A stretch of 64,000 nt of DNA from Halodesulfurarchaeum sp. (GTDB taxonomy: Archaea; Halobacteriota; Halobacteria; Halobacteriales; Halobacteriaceae). Where the stretch lies: assembly GCA_042216015.1 (NCBI GenBank), contig JBDGUI010000011.1:23331-87330 (forward strand). Direction: 5' to 3'. The translations under genes and the position numbers were made by a program. Below are positions 19,030 to 28,969 of the stretch, piece by piece. The notes under the pieces were generated by a model. That model had not been told where the DNA came from and did not search any database. It saw only the letters and a program-made list of their open reading frames with translations. How positions within the stretch are numbered: the stretch's first letter is position 1; each line of letters starts with the position of its first letter.

Positions 19030-20597
19030 CCGAGTTCGGCGTCTCCCGGGCCGAGTTCGCCGATCTCGTCGCTGGGCCCGATCCCGTGGTCGCCCGGGTC
19101 GCTGCCGAACTCCCGGTGGACGTCTCGCCCCTCGCGGCTGCGGTCTCTCTCGAGGATCGGAGCGAGTACGGCTTCCTCCTCGAGAGCGGCGAGAAAACGG
19201 CCGCGAGCGACCCGGCCGACGCGTTTTCGGCCGGTGATTCCACCGAGCGTCACGCCCGATTTTCCTTCGTTGGCTACGACCCGGACGCGGTGATCACCCT
19301 CGACGCCGACGGCGATTCCATCGAACGGCTCCGAAACTCCGCCGCGGCCGACCTCGTGAAGCCGGGAGACGGCGACGTTCTCGACCGGCTCCGGGGAGCA
19401 CTTCCGGACATCGAACGCCGTGGGTTTTCCGATGGCGACCGGCAACTCCTCTCCGGCGGGGTCGTGGGATTTCTCGCCTACGACGCCGTGTACGACCTCT
19501 GGCTCGCCGAGGTCGGCCTCGAGCGACCCGATCGCCGGGTGCCGGACGCCCAGTTCGTCCTCACTACCCGAACCCTCGTCTTCGATCACGCCGCCGGGAC
19601 GGTCTCGCTCGTGTTCACCCCGGTGGTCCGGCCAGGTGACGATCCCGACGGGGTGTATGACGAACTACTCACCGAGGCCAGAACGGTGGCAGAACGGTTG
19701 GCCTCGACAGACGAGAAACCGGCCACGGTTGGTGGCTTTCGACGGACAGACGAGCGGGCTGGCGACCGCGAGACCTACGAAGACGCCGTCAAGGCGGCCA
19801 AACGGGCCGTCAACGATGGCGAGGTCTACCAGGCGGTGATCTCGCGCACCCGGGAACTCGACGGGGAGATCGATTCCGTCGGGCTCTACGAGTCGATGCG
19901 GTCGGTCAACCCGTCGCCGTACATGTACTTGCTCTCCCACGGTGACCGCTCGATCGTGGGGGCCAGCCCCGAGACCCTCGTCTCCGTCGCGGGCCAGACG
20001 GTGTTGAACAACCCGATCGCGGGCACCTGCAAGCGAGGGTCGAGTCCCGCCGAGGATCGACGGCTGGCCGGGGAGATGCTGGCCGACGACAAGGAACGGG
20101 CCGAGCACACGATGCTGGTGGATCTCGCCCGGAACGACGTCCGGCGAGTGTCCCGGCCGGGAAGCGTCGACGTCGAGGAGTTCATGCGCGTGCTGAAATA
20201 TAGCCACGTCCAGCACATCGAGTCGACGGTGACGGGCCGGCTCCGGAAGGACCAGGACGCCTTCGACGCCATCCGGGCCTGCTTCCCGGCGGGGACTCTC
20301 TCCGGTGCACCAAAGATCAGGGCGATGGAACTCATTCACGAACTCGAATCCGAGCCTCGGGGAGTCTATGGCGGCGGTGTGGGCTATATCTCCTGGCAGG
20401 GGGACGCGGACATGGCGATCGTGATCCGGACCGCGACGATCGAACACGGTGATCCTGACCGACTGCGGGTCAGGGCGGGGGCCGGTGTCGTCGCCGACTC
20501 GGATCCGGCAAGCGAGTACGCGGAGACCGAGGCGAAGATGGACGGCGCGCTAACCGCCGTCGAGGCCTTAGAGGCGCGGGGTGAACCATCGCCATGA
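19026..20597 (+). CDS. trpE: Anthranilate synthase component I
   Basis: NPSPYMY, GASPE, PIAGT, KERAEHTMLVDLARND, PAGTLSGAPK. Confidence 0.96.
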   Translation: MTEFGVSRAEFADLVAGPDPVVARVAAELPVDVSPLAAAVSLEDRSEYGFLLESGEKTAASDPADAFSAGDSTERHARFSFVGYDPDAVITLDADGDSIERLRNSAAADLVKPGDGDVLDRLRGALPDIERRGFSDGDRQLLSGGVVGFLAYDAVYDLWLAEVGLERPDRRVPDAQFVLTTRTLVFDHAAGTVSLVFTPVVRPGDDPDGVYDELLTEARTVAERLASTDEKPATVGGFRRTDERAGDRETYEDAVKAAKRAVNDGEVYQAVISRTRELDGEIDSVGLYESMRSVNPSPYMYLLSHGDRSIVGASPETLVSVAGQTVLNNPIAGTCKRGSSPAEDRRLAGEMLADDKERAEHTMLVDLARNDVRRVSRPGSVDVEEFMRVLKYSHVQHIESTVTGRLRKDQDAFDAIRACFPAGTLSGAPKIRAMELIHELESEPRGVYGGGVGYISWQGDADMAIVIRTATIEHGDPDRLRVRAGAGVVADSDPASEYAETEAKMDGALTAVEALEARGEPSP

Positions 20598-21241
20598 AGG
20601 TGCTGGTCGTCGACAATTACGACTCCTTCACCTACAACCTCGTCGAGTACATCTCGGAGAGTCGATTGCCGGACGGAAGCAGACCCGAGACGGCCGTCGT
20701 GAAGAACACGGTCGGGCTCGAGCGGATTCGGGCTGAGGACCCGGACGCGATCGTCATCAGCCCCGGGCCGGGACACCCGAAAAACGATCGCGACGTCGGG
20801 GTGTCGGCGCCAGTGCTCGGGGAGGTGTCCAGAACGGTCCCGACGCTGGGGGTCTGTCTCGGGATGGAGGCGGCCGTTTCGGTCCACGGCGGACGGGTCG
20901 GCCCCGCCCAGGAGCCGGTTCACGGAAAGGCTGCCACGATTGCACACGACGAGCGCGGGATCTTCGACGGCATCGGGCAGGGGTTTCAGGGCGGTCGGTA
21001 CCACTCGCTCATCGCACTCGACGTACCGGACTCCTTCGAGATCTCGGCCCGAACGGAACGCGACGACCGCCGAATCCCGATGGCGATTCGCCACCACGAA
21101 TATCCGATCGTAGCCGTCCAGTTTCACCCGGAGAGCGTGCTCACCGCCGTCGGCCATCAACTCGTCGGAAACTTCCTCGCGGCCGCTCGCACGGATCGAC
21201 TTCCCGCGACGGAGGAACCGGCAGCAAAAGCCGAGTTCTGA
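20594..21241 (+). CDS. trpG: Anthranilate synthase component II (glutamine amidotransferase)
   Basis: DNYDSFTYNL, SPGPGHP, GVCLG, RYHSL, QFHPES. Confidence 0.96.
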   Translation: MKVLVVDNYDSFTYNLVEYISESRLPDGSRPETAVVKNTVGLERIRAEDPDAIVISPGPGHPKNDRDVGVSAPVLGEVSRTVPTLGVCLGMEAAVSVHGGRVGPAQEPVHGKAATIAHDERGIFDGIGQGFQGGRYHSLIALDVPDSFEISARTERDDRRIPMAIRHHEYPIVAVQFHPESVLTAVGHQLVGNFLAAARTDRLPATEEPAAKAEF

Positions 21242-21474
21242 GCCGTTTGGATGTATTGGGAGCGAGGGGAACCGATTCCACTTTCGGTCCGCTGGGAGTA
21301 GGCTTATACTGGTCCCACCGTTACCCGAGTAGTGGTTACACACCCGCCAGGCGTGGTCTTGTTCCGCGCCCCCCAGGCGGGAAACGAAACGTATCAGCCG
21401 GCGTGGGGCCAACCCGGCACTGGACACATGCACATGGGACATTCGCGGACAGATCTGACACTGGAGGTATCGAG

Positions 21475-24400
21475 ATGAGTACGGAACCGACCGGAGAGTA
21501 CACGTTGCCCGTCAAGCGGGTCACTGGAGACACCCTCGAGGATCGACTCACCGAGAACGCCTATCACAACATCCTCCCCGCCCGGTATCTCAAACAGGAC
21601 GCCGAGGGCAATCTCGTCGAGGACCAGGAGGATCTCTTCGTTCGCGTCGCCCGAAACATCGCACTCGCGGAGGCGCCATACGAGGCCGCAAAGCGGGATC
21701 TCGAGGTCACCGTCCGGCCGGACCAGATCAAACCGGACCACCCCCGGCGGGACGAACTGAGCGCGGATGTCTTCGGGGAGGGAACGACCGTCGAAGACGG
21801 CGTCGAGACCGAACTCACGCCGGAAAACGTCAATAAGTTCGCTTACGGGACCGTCGTCCCCGAACTCCCGGACCCGATCGGGGACCACGTCGCGGAGATT
21901 GCAGACGAGTACGAGGAGTTGATGTCGTCTCTTTCGTTCATGCCGAACTCCCCGACGCTGATGAACGCGGGGAACGAACTCCAGCAGCTCTCTGCCTGCT
22001 TCGTCAACTCCCCGGATGACGACCTCGCTGACATCCACGAGACGGCAAAGGAGGCCGCCCTGACCTTCCAGAGCGGGGGCGGCATGGGGTATGCCTTCTG
22101 GAAGCTTCGCCCGTACGGCGATCCAGTGGGGTCGACGGGCGGCATCGCCTCCGGTCCCATCACCTTCATGCGAACGTTCGACCAGATGACCGAGACCATC
22201 GCTCAGGGCGGCACCCGCCGCGGGGCCCAGATGGCGGTCATGCGCATCTCCCATCCCGACGTCGTCGAGTTCATCCACTCGAAGAACAAGGATGTCTCCC
22301 TCGCTCACACCCTCAAGCTCAACGACCCCGACGATCCCACCTACACCGACTTCTCGGAGGCCCTCGAGGAGGCCCGGGAGTTGATCGACGAGGAGGGACG
22401 GGTTCCAGAACACCTCCGGAATGCCGTCGAGGGCCACCTCTCGAATTTCAACATCTCCGTCGGCGTGACCGACGGCTTCATGGAGGCCCTCGCGAACGAC
22501 GAGGAGTACACCCTCACGAACCCCCGCACTGAGGAGCCCCACAACGCGACCGAGGAGACGAAGGAGATGTACAGCCGGTATGGGCTTGGCGAGTACGTCG
22601 AGGTCGGCGAGGAACTGTCGCTCCCGGCCTCGGTCCTCTGGGATCGCATCGTCGAGGGCGCCCACGAGAACGGCGAGCCCGGCGTGATCTATCTCGAGCG
22701 AGCGAACAAGGAACACTCCTTCGACGTGGAGGAGCATCCCGACCACCGGATGCTCGCCACGAACCCCTGTGTCACGGGCGAGACCTTGATCAGCACGGAA
22801 GACGGGCTCGTGCCGGCCGAAGAGTTGTACGAGCGGGGAGTCGCCCGGAACGTCGTCGTCGACGGCCGCCTGAGCAATGACACCGTCAAGGAAGCCAGCA
22901 GCGTCTTCAAGACGGGCGAGAAGGACGTCTACGAACTGACGACCGAAGAGGGGTACCAGCTCCGGCTGACCGCCGACCACCGCATGATGACCGCGGACGG
23001 CTGGGTCGAAGCCCAGGATCTGGACCCCGGCGACAGCGTTCACGTCCAGAATCGAAAGGGTGTGTTCGGCACCCACGGATCCGCCGAGGAGGGACGCGTC
23101 CTTGGCTGGCTCGTCGGAGACGGCCATCTCAAAGACGGCGAGGAACGGGCCGTTCTCAACTTCTACGACGAAGACGCCACGATCTCCGAGGAGTTCGCCG
23201 CGGACGTGAACGAGGTCGTCCGCGAGCCGCTCGGAAACGGCGGGTACGAGGTCGGCGTCAGCGAAATCGCCCGGTCCGACGACTATCGGGGCGCTCAGGC
23301 CGTCGAACAGCGCGTTCGCTCGAGCCGATTGTACGAATACGCCGCGGAGGCCGGGCTCGCCGAGGAGAAATTGCAGGTCCCCGAGGCCGTCATGCGCGGG
23401 AGCGAGGAGATGGCCCGTGGCTTCCTCCGGGCACTCTTTACCGCCGACGGTGGCGTGCAGGGAACCGTCGAGAAAGGGGTGTCAGTCCGACTGACAAGTA
23501 CCAGCACCGGACTGCTACGGGACGTCCAGCGCCTCCTGCTCAGCTTCGGCGTCTTCAGCAAGCTCTACGAGAACCGTCACGAGGCCGGCCAGCAGAAAAT
23601 GCCGGACGGAAACGGCGGCACGGCGACCGACGACCGGCAGGCCGATCACGATCTGGTCATTTCGAAGGACGGGCTTCTCGCCTTCCGCGAGGAAATCGGA
23701 TTCCTCCGCGAGGACAAGAACGCGGCCCTCGACGACCGGCTTTCGGAGTACAGACGGGCTCCAGATAGCGAAACGTTCGAGGCGACAGTCGAATCCGTCG
23801 AGTACGACGGTCACGAACCGGTGTACGACCTGACCGAGCCGGACACCCACTCCTTCGTCGCCAACGGGCTGGTGTGTCACAATTGCGGAGAACAGCCCTT
23901 GGAGGAGTACGAGGCCTGCAACCTCGGGCACATCAACCTCTCGACGATCGTCGCCGAGGAACACCCGGACTGGCGGGCGTGGTCGGCGGCGAACGAAGCC
24001 GGATACACCGACCAGACGGCGGCCATCGTCGCGTTCCTCGAGGAGGCCATCGACTGGGAGGAGTTCGATCGCCGCATCCGACTCGGCACCCGCTTCCTCG
24101 AGGACGTCGTCACGATGTCCGACTTCCCCGTCGAGCAGATCACCGAGACCGTCCGGGAGATGCGAAAGATCGGCCTCGGGATCATGGGCATCGCCCAGCT
24201 GTTCGTCCAGCTCGGGATGCGGTACGGTTCCGACCCGGCAAACGAGGTCGCCCGCCAGCTCATGATGCACATCAACCACGAGTCGAAGCGCGCCTCTCAT
24301 GACCTCGCAACCGACCGGGGGACCTTCACGGAGTGGGAGCACTCGAAGTACGCCGATCCGACCCGGTATGCGGAGTGGTTCGAGCATCACACGGGCGAGG

Positions 24401-25701
24401 ACCCGGCGGAGTGGGCAGACGGGTATCCCATCCGCAATCACAACACGACCACGATCGCCCCGACGGGGACGACCTCCATGGTGGGCAATACGACTGGCGG
24501 CTGTGAGCCCATCTTCAACGTGGCCTACTACAAGAACGTCTCCGACGACGTGCAGGGCGAGGAGATGCTCGTCGAGTTCGACGACTACTTCCTGCGAACT
24601 CTGGAGGCAAACGACATCGACGTCGAGACGGTCAAAGCCGAGGCGAAAGAGCAGATGGCCACAAACGAGTTCGACGGCGTCGAGGGCCTCTCGACGGTCC
24701 CCGACGCGATCGCCGAACTCTTCGTCACCTCGAGTGACCTGACCGGCAAGGAACACGCCTCGATCCAGACCGCCCTCCAGGAGGGCGTCGACTCCTCCAT
24801 CTCCAAGACGGTGAACTTCCCCCGAGAGGCGACCGTCGAGGAGATGGACGAGGTCTTCCGGTACATCTACGACCACGGCGGCAAGGGCGTGACCGTCTAC
24901 CGGGACGGCACCCGGTCGAAGCAGGTCCTCACGACCCGGGCCCAGAACGCGGAGTTCGCCGACATGGACGAGGAGGAAGCCGCCGAACTGATCGTCGAGC
25001 ACATCGAGACCGTCTTCGGCAGCTTTGCTGATTTCATCGACCACGAGGCGGTCCTCGATCTCCTCGGCTCCGACCTCGAGGGCCTCGATACGCCCGATTA
25101 CGCCGAGAAGCGATCCCGTCCCGACGCGCTCCAGGGCGTGAGCCAGCGCATCGACACCGGCTATGGAAAACTCTACGTGACGATCAACGAGGACGAGCGG
25201 GGACGACCCTTCGAACTCTTCGCGAACATCGGGCACTCCGGTGGGTTCACGAATTCATTCACCGAGGCACTCGCGAAGGTCATCTCGACCGCGCTGCGGT
25301 CCGGCGTGGATCCCTACGAGATCGTCGACGAACTCAAGGGCACCCGAAGTCCCAAGGTGGCCTGGGACAAGGGCGAGCAGATCAACTCGATTCCGGACGC
25401 GATCGGAACCGCGATGTGGCGATACCTCGAGGATCAGGTCGACAAACCCTATCCCCAGCAGGAGACCCTCGACGACATCGAGGGCGGGATCAGCGAGGGC
25501 CCCTCGAAGACCGTCGAGACGGAGTCCGAAACCGATGGCGGCAGGGCCACGACCGAAACCCCAGACGCGGAACTCGACTCGACCCAGTCCCTGATCGACG
25601 CTGGCGAGAGCCCGGAATGTCCGGAGTGTGGGTCGATGGACCTCTACTATTCGGAGGGCTGTAAGACCTGTCAGTCCTGTGGCTGGAGCGAGTGTAGCTA
25701 A
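21475..25701 (+). CDS. nrdJ: Adenosylcobalamin-dependent (class II) ribonucleotide reductase, intein-containing
   Basis: FMPNSPTLMNAG, LSACF, RRGA, TNP|C|GEQPL..YEACNLG, TIAPTGT, C-terminal CPECG...CKTCQSCG. SD-like GGAGGT before the ATG at 21475. Confidence 0.95.
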   Translation: MSTEPTGEYTLPVKRVTGDTLEDRLTENAYHNILPARYLKQDAEGNLVEDQEDLFVRVARNIALAEAPYEAAKRDLEVTVRPDQIKPDHPRRDELSADVFGEGTTVEDGVETELTPENVNKFAYGTVVPELPDPIGDHVAEIADEYEELMSSLSFMPNSPTLMNAGNELQQLSACFVNSPDDDLADIHETAKEAALTFQSGGGMGYAFWKLRPYGDPVGSTGGIASGPITFMRTFDQMTETIAQGGTRRGAQMAVMRISHPDVVEFIHSKNKDVSLAHTLKLNDPDDPTYTDFSEALEEARELIDEEGRVPEHLRNAVEGHLSNFNISVGVTDGFMEALANDEEYTLTNPRTEEPHNATEETKEMYSRYGLGEYVEVGEELSLPASVLWDRIVEGAHENGEPGVIYLERANKEHSFDVEEHPDHRMLATNPCVTGETLISTEDGLVPAEELYERGVARNVVVDGRLSNDTVKEASSVFKTGEKDVYELTTEEGYQLRLTADHRMMTADGWVEAQDLDPGDSVHVQNRKGVFGTHGSAEEGRVLGWLVGDGHLKDGEERAVLNFYDEDATISEEFAADVNEVVREPLGNGGYEVGVSEIARSDDYRGAQAVEQRVRSSRLYEYAAEAGLAEEKLQVPEAVMRGSEEMARGFLRALFTADGGVQGTVEKGVSVRLTSTSTGLLRDVQRLLLSFGVFSKLYENRHEAGQQKMPDGNGGTATDDRQADHDLVISKDGLLAFREEIGFLREDKNAALDDRLSEYRRAPDSETFEATVESVEYDGHEPVYDLTEPDTHSFVANGLVCHNCGEQPLEEYEACNLGHINLSTIVAEEHPDWRAWSAANEAGYTDQTAAIVAFLEEAIDWEEFDRRIRLGTRFLEDVVTMSDFPVEQITETVREMRKIGLGIMGIAQLFVQLGMRYGSDPANEVARQLMMHINHESKRASHDLATDRGTFTEWEHSKYADPTRYAEWFEHHTGEDPAEWADGYPIRNHNTTTIAPTGTTSMVGNTTGGCEPIFNVAYYKNVSDDVQGEEMLVEFDDYFLRTLEANDIDVETVKAEAKEQMATNEFDGVEGLSTVPDAIAELFVTSSDLTGKEHASIQTALQEGVDSSISKTVNFPREATVEEMDEVFRYIYDHGGKGVTVYRDGTRSKQVLTTRAQNAEFADMDEEEAAELIVEHIETVFGSFADFIDHEAVLDLLGSDLEGLDTPDYAEKRSRPDALQGVSQRIDTGYGKLYVTINEDERGRPFELFANIGHSGGFTNSFTEALAKVISTALRSGVDPYEIVDELKGTRSPKVAWDKGEQINSIPDAIGTAMWRYLEDQVDKPYPQQETLDDIEGGISEGPSKTVETESETDGGRATTETPDAELDSTQSLIDAGESPECPECGSMDLYYSEGCKTCQSCGWSECS
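22768..23883 (+). mobile_element. Intein (372 aa) with LAGLIDADG homing endonuclease, inserted in nrdJ
   Basis: Starts CVTGETLI, block B LTADHR, LAGLIDADG-like LGWLVGDG and LRALFTADG, ends VYDLT...FVANGLVCHN followed by Cys+1. Confidence 0.95.
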
Positions 25702-25785
25702 CGTCTCGGCCGGGAGCCGTTCTCGATGCAGCTTGCGTGATCGATTCGGTGCGTATTTTTCTCGTTTCTCGGAGACCGGATTGAC

Positions 25786-26433
25786 TCACTCGACCGAGAG
25801 TCGATCGGTCGTCACTCGATAGAGCGGTCCCGCAAGCAACAACCCCGCGGCCAGGGCCCCGGTGAGGAGAAGGCGCCAGTCCACCGCAATCGCCCGAACC
25901 GAGAAGGCGTTCACCGAGTGACCGACCGTGACGGCCGCGATGGTCCACGGGAGTTCGCCGACCAGGGTCCCAAGCACGAAGGACCGAAGCGGGACACCGC
26001 CGAATCCCGCGGCCGCCGAGATGGCCTCGGCCGGGGTCGGTGCGAGCCGCGCGGCGATCATGCCCCGAAGATCGCCGGCGGTCTGAAAATACCGCCGGCT
26101 CCCACCCGTGAACCACGAACCGATTCGGCCATCGAAGGCCAATCGGTGAGCGCCGAGGTAGGGAATGAAACTCGTCGCGACCGCCCCGAGGAGGGCGATG
26201 GGGAGGCCGAGCGCGATGCCATAGCGGAACCCGGCCAGTCCCGAGAGCACGGTGATGGGCCACCCGAGGAACGGTCGGAGTGTGTAGAGCCCCACGAGGA
26301 GAATCGGGAACCAGGGGCTGTAAAGAACGGCCACGACCTTTCGGATGACGGTCGCCGGTCGGAACAGAAGCGCCAGCGCGAGGAGCAGGAGCAAGAATGC
26401 CCCGAGGATCAATTGCCGCCGCGAGACCACCAT
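25786..26433 (-). CDS. DedA/VTT (TVP38/TMEM64) family membrane protein
   Basis: LRPFLGWP...LAGFRYG, ARLAPTP.E, FVLGTLVGELPW; hydrophobic throughout. Confidence 0.85.
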   Translation of the reverse strand: MVVSRRQLILGAFLLLLLALALLFRPATVIRKVVAVLYSPWFPILLVGLYTLRPFLGWPITVLSGLAGFRYGIALGLPIALLGAVATSFIPYLGAHRLAFDGRIGSWFTGGSRRYFQTAGDLRGMIAARLAPTPAEAISAAAGFGGVPLRSFVLGTLVGELPWTIAAVTVGHSVNAFSVRAIAVDWRLLLTGALAAGLLLAGPLYRVTTDRLSVE

Positions 26434-26622
26434 TACCACCGCTTCGTATCCCGGGCCTCTTGAGCGGCATGGATCGGTTCCGATCACCCGTTCCACCCGA
26501 CTGGACTTCCTGCCGGAATTATCGTTTCACCCGGCTGGATACGGCCCGCAGAAACGTTCGTTTCATTCGACCGGACACGGTCCCGCAGAAGCTTTAATCT
26601 CGAGCCGGTCGAGCCGTCGAAC

Positions 26623-26982
26623 GTGCCGGACGACGACCGCGTCGAACTGGGGATCGAATTGCTCGCCCGCTTCGAGGACGAGGAACTGTCGGTCGCGGCG
26701 GCCATCGATCGGCTCGAGACGATCACGACCGATCCCCGGACCACCCGCGAGATTCTCGAACGGGCCGAAGCGAGGGGCCTCATCGAGCGAAAGGAGGGCC
26801 AAATCGTGCCCACTGGGGCGAATTACCTCAGTTTCGAACGCGAGGTCAAAACGAAGGAGGGCGATTTCACGTGCCGCCGGTGTGGCGCCTCCCTGTCGAC
26901 GGGCTATTTCATGACCTTCGAGTCCGGCGAACACGGCCCCTTTGGCTCCTCGTGCATTCGAAAGGTGACGGGACGGGAATGA
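26623..26982 (+). CDS. Conserved haloarchaeal wHTH + Zn-finger protein (DUF5830-like)
   Basis: CRRCG...HGPFGSSC; acidic composition. Confidence 0.75.
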   Translation: MPDDDRVELGIELLARFEDEELSVAAAIDRLETITTDPRTTREILERAEARGLIERKEGQIVPTGANYLSFEREVKTKEGDFTCRRCGASLSTGYFMTFESGEHGPFGSSCIRKVTGRE

Positions 26983-26997
26983 AACCCGCACTGGGAG

Positions 26998-27900
26998 TCA
27001 GTCCTCGAGGAGCTCCCTGAGCGATTCGATCCGGGAGCGCTGTTTGGAGATGGCGGCCCGCTGGGACTCGATGGTGGCCTCCTGCTCGTCGAGTGCCGCC
27101 TCGAGTTCGTCGAGTTCGGACTGGAGCGTCTCGGGATCGATGCTCGCCGCGGAGACGAAGACGACATCTTCGGAATCAGGTTCCCCAGCGGTTTCGGCAC
27201 CAGCGGGGACCGTTTCGTCGTCGGTGGCCGACGCCTCGGCGGACGCGTCCCCCTCCTCCTCGGGAGACACCGCCGCCTCGAAGGCCGCCTGATCCGGGAC
27301 ATCGTAGTACGCATAGAGCGCGTTCCTGGCGGTCTCCTCGACCTCCCTGAACCCCTCGTTCGGGGTCTTGACCCGCTCGGTTCGGTCCGGGGTCTTCAAC
27401 ACGAGCTGTGAGGCCACGTTTCCCTGTTCGGTCTCGAGGCCCTGGATGTCGGCGAAGGGGACGGTGAGGAACTCCTCGTCCCAGATTGCGGCCCCGACGT
27501 GCTTGATCAGCCGCCGGGTCGTCACCACGAGTGTCAGTTCACCGAACCGGAAGAACCCCTCCACGGATTCGTCGCCATCGATCACGCCAGTCTCGCGAAA
27601 GACCCCGGCGAGGATCGGTTCGAGCGCATCATCAAGGGCCGATCCCGGGACGGTGAGCGAGCGTTCACCGTCGGTCCCGTAATCGAGGGTGATGACCGTC
27701 TTCCGACGTTTCTCCGTCACGTCGATCCGCTCTGCCCCGTGCGGGTAGCTTTCGACCGATTCGTCGCTGAGAAACCCCTCCGAGTTGTAATGGATGGTCC
27801 GGGTGGGCGTCAGGAATAGCGCATTTTCACCCTTGAGCGGGACCCGATGGGTGACCGTCTCATCGCCGAGGGCCTCCTCGACGGCCGTCGGTACGTCCAT
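26998..27900 (-). CDS. Conserved haloarchaeal hypothetical protein with C-terminal coiled coil
   Basis: Acidic ORF with an internal repeat (LTPTRTI / VTTRRLI) and a heptad-rich C-terminus. Confidence 0.75.
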   Translation of the reverse strand: MDVPTAVEEALGDETVTHRVPLKGENALFLTPTRTIHYNSEGFLSDESVESYPHGAERIDVTEKRRKTVITLDYGTDGERSLTVPGSALDDALEPILAGVFRETGVIDGDESVEGFFRFGELTLVVTTRRLIKHVGAAIWDEEFLTVPFADIQGLETEQGNVASQLVLKTPDRTERVKTPNEGFREVEETARNALYAYYDVPDQAAFEAAVSPEEEGDASAEASATDDETVPAGAETAGEPDSEDVVFVSAASIDPETLQSELDELEAALDEQEATIESQRAAISKQRSRIESLRELLED

Positions 27901-27992
27901 ACGGATAGGTCCCCCTCCCGTGTGATAAATTCGGCGGGTGAGCCGGTGGAGATACAAAGGTTTTAGAGGAGAACCATCTTAGCCGGTCGTGA

Positions 27993-28127
27993 GCCCGGGT
28001 GGCTTAGTGGTCATAGCGCCGCACTCATAGGGTTTCGAGCTTCGGTGTGGCACGCTCGCAGCTCAGGTCGACCGAGCCTTGGACCTGGGACATGCGGAGG
28101 TCGAGGGTTCGAACCCCTCCCCGGGCA
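27993..28127 (+). tRNA. tRNA-Met(CAT) with a 62-nt intron (28030-28091) at position 37/38
   Basis: GCCCGGG acceptor stem, anticodon stem CCGCA/TGCGG with CAT at 28026-28028, GGTTCGAACCC T-arm. The intron position is the usual one for haloarchaeal elongator tRNA-Met. Confidence 0.93.
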
Positions 28128-28230
28128 TAAATCAAAACATTGACATTTTCGGCTTCGGATGGCATCGATTACGTACCACGCCACGCAGAACGGGGCGGGC
28201 CATTGCTGGAAAGCTCGTTCGTTACTACCA

Positions 28231-28911
28231 TCAACGAGCAGTTGCCCGGGTTGCTGTTGCCTTGAACGAAGCGACGATCTGAGTTCCAGGATCAAGGCCG
28301 AGTTTCTCCTTGCTGTTTTCCGTCACCAGCGCGAATAGTGGAGACTCCGCACCCACGTCGAGAGTCACCTGAGAGATGACCTCACCTTCCTCGATATCAC
28401 TCACCCGTCCATCGAATCTGTTGCGAGCACTCGTCGCATTTTCCGCGGGCACGTCTTCGGGATCGTGCAGGGTGACTGCATCTGCACGGAGACCGACCTG
28501 GACTGACTCCCCCTTGGCGGGGACGATGGCCCGTACTTCCCCAGCCTCCGTCTCGACGACGCCAAGTTCCCCGGTTCGGTCCAGGACAGTACCCTCGAGG
28601 ACCGCCTCTTTTGTCTCTGCCACCGAGGAAAACCCAGTCTGGAGGCGTTCGAATGTGGCGAGTAACTCGTGGGCCTGGTCGGTGAGGGTGCTGCCGCCAC
28701 CATCCGACCCGCCCCGCTGTCGTTCGACTAGCGTACCGAACGCTTCCTCCAATGCCGTCACCCGTTGGTGACATCGAGAGTAGGAACGTCCGAGTTCATC
28801 GGAGGCCTTGTGGATAGACCCGATCTCATCGACTGCTCTCAGTAAGTTCGCGTCCCGCTCAGTAAACTCCACGTCATCTGCCCGAAGTTGAGCAGCGAAT
28901 CCTGCGTCCAT
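28231..28911 (-). CDS. ModE-like regulator (wHTH + TOBE)
   Basis: GSIHKASDELGRSYSR, LVERQRGGSDGGGSTLT and TOBE motif SARNRF.G.V...ASFKAT. Confidence 0.88.
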   Translation of the reverse strand: MDAGFAAQLRADDVEFTERDANLLRAVDEIGSIHKASDELGRSYSRCHQRVTALEEAFGTLVERQRGGSDGGGSTLTDQAHELLATFERLQTGFSSVAETKEAVLEGTVLDRTGELGVVETEAGEVRAIVPAKGESVQVGLRADAVTLHDPEDVPAENATSARNRFDGRVSDIEEGEVISQVTLDVGAESPLFALVTENSKEKLGLDPGTQIVASFKATATRATAR

Positions 28912-28941
28912 ACGCAGTGTTGGCAACCAAGGAGCAAAACA

Positions 28942-28963
28942 GTTATGCCGAAGTCGAAATAAC
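28942..28963. promoter_or_regulatory. Candidate ModE-type operator GTTAT-N12-ATAAC
   Basis: GTTATgccgaagtcgaaATAAC lies in the 58-bp gap between the divergent regulator and wtpA. Confidence 0.55.
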
Positions 28964-28969
28964 GGCAGT

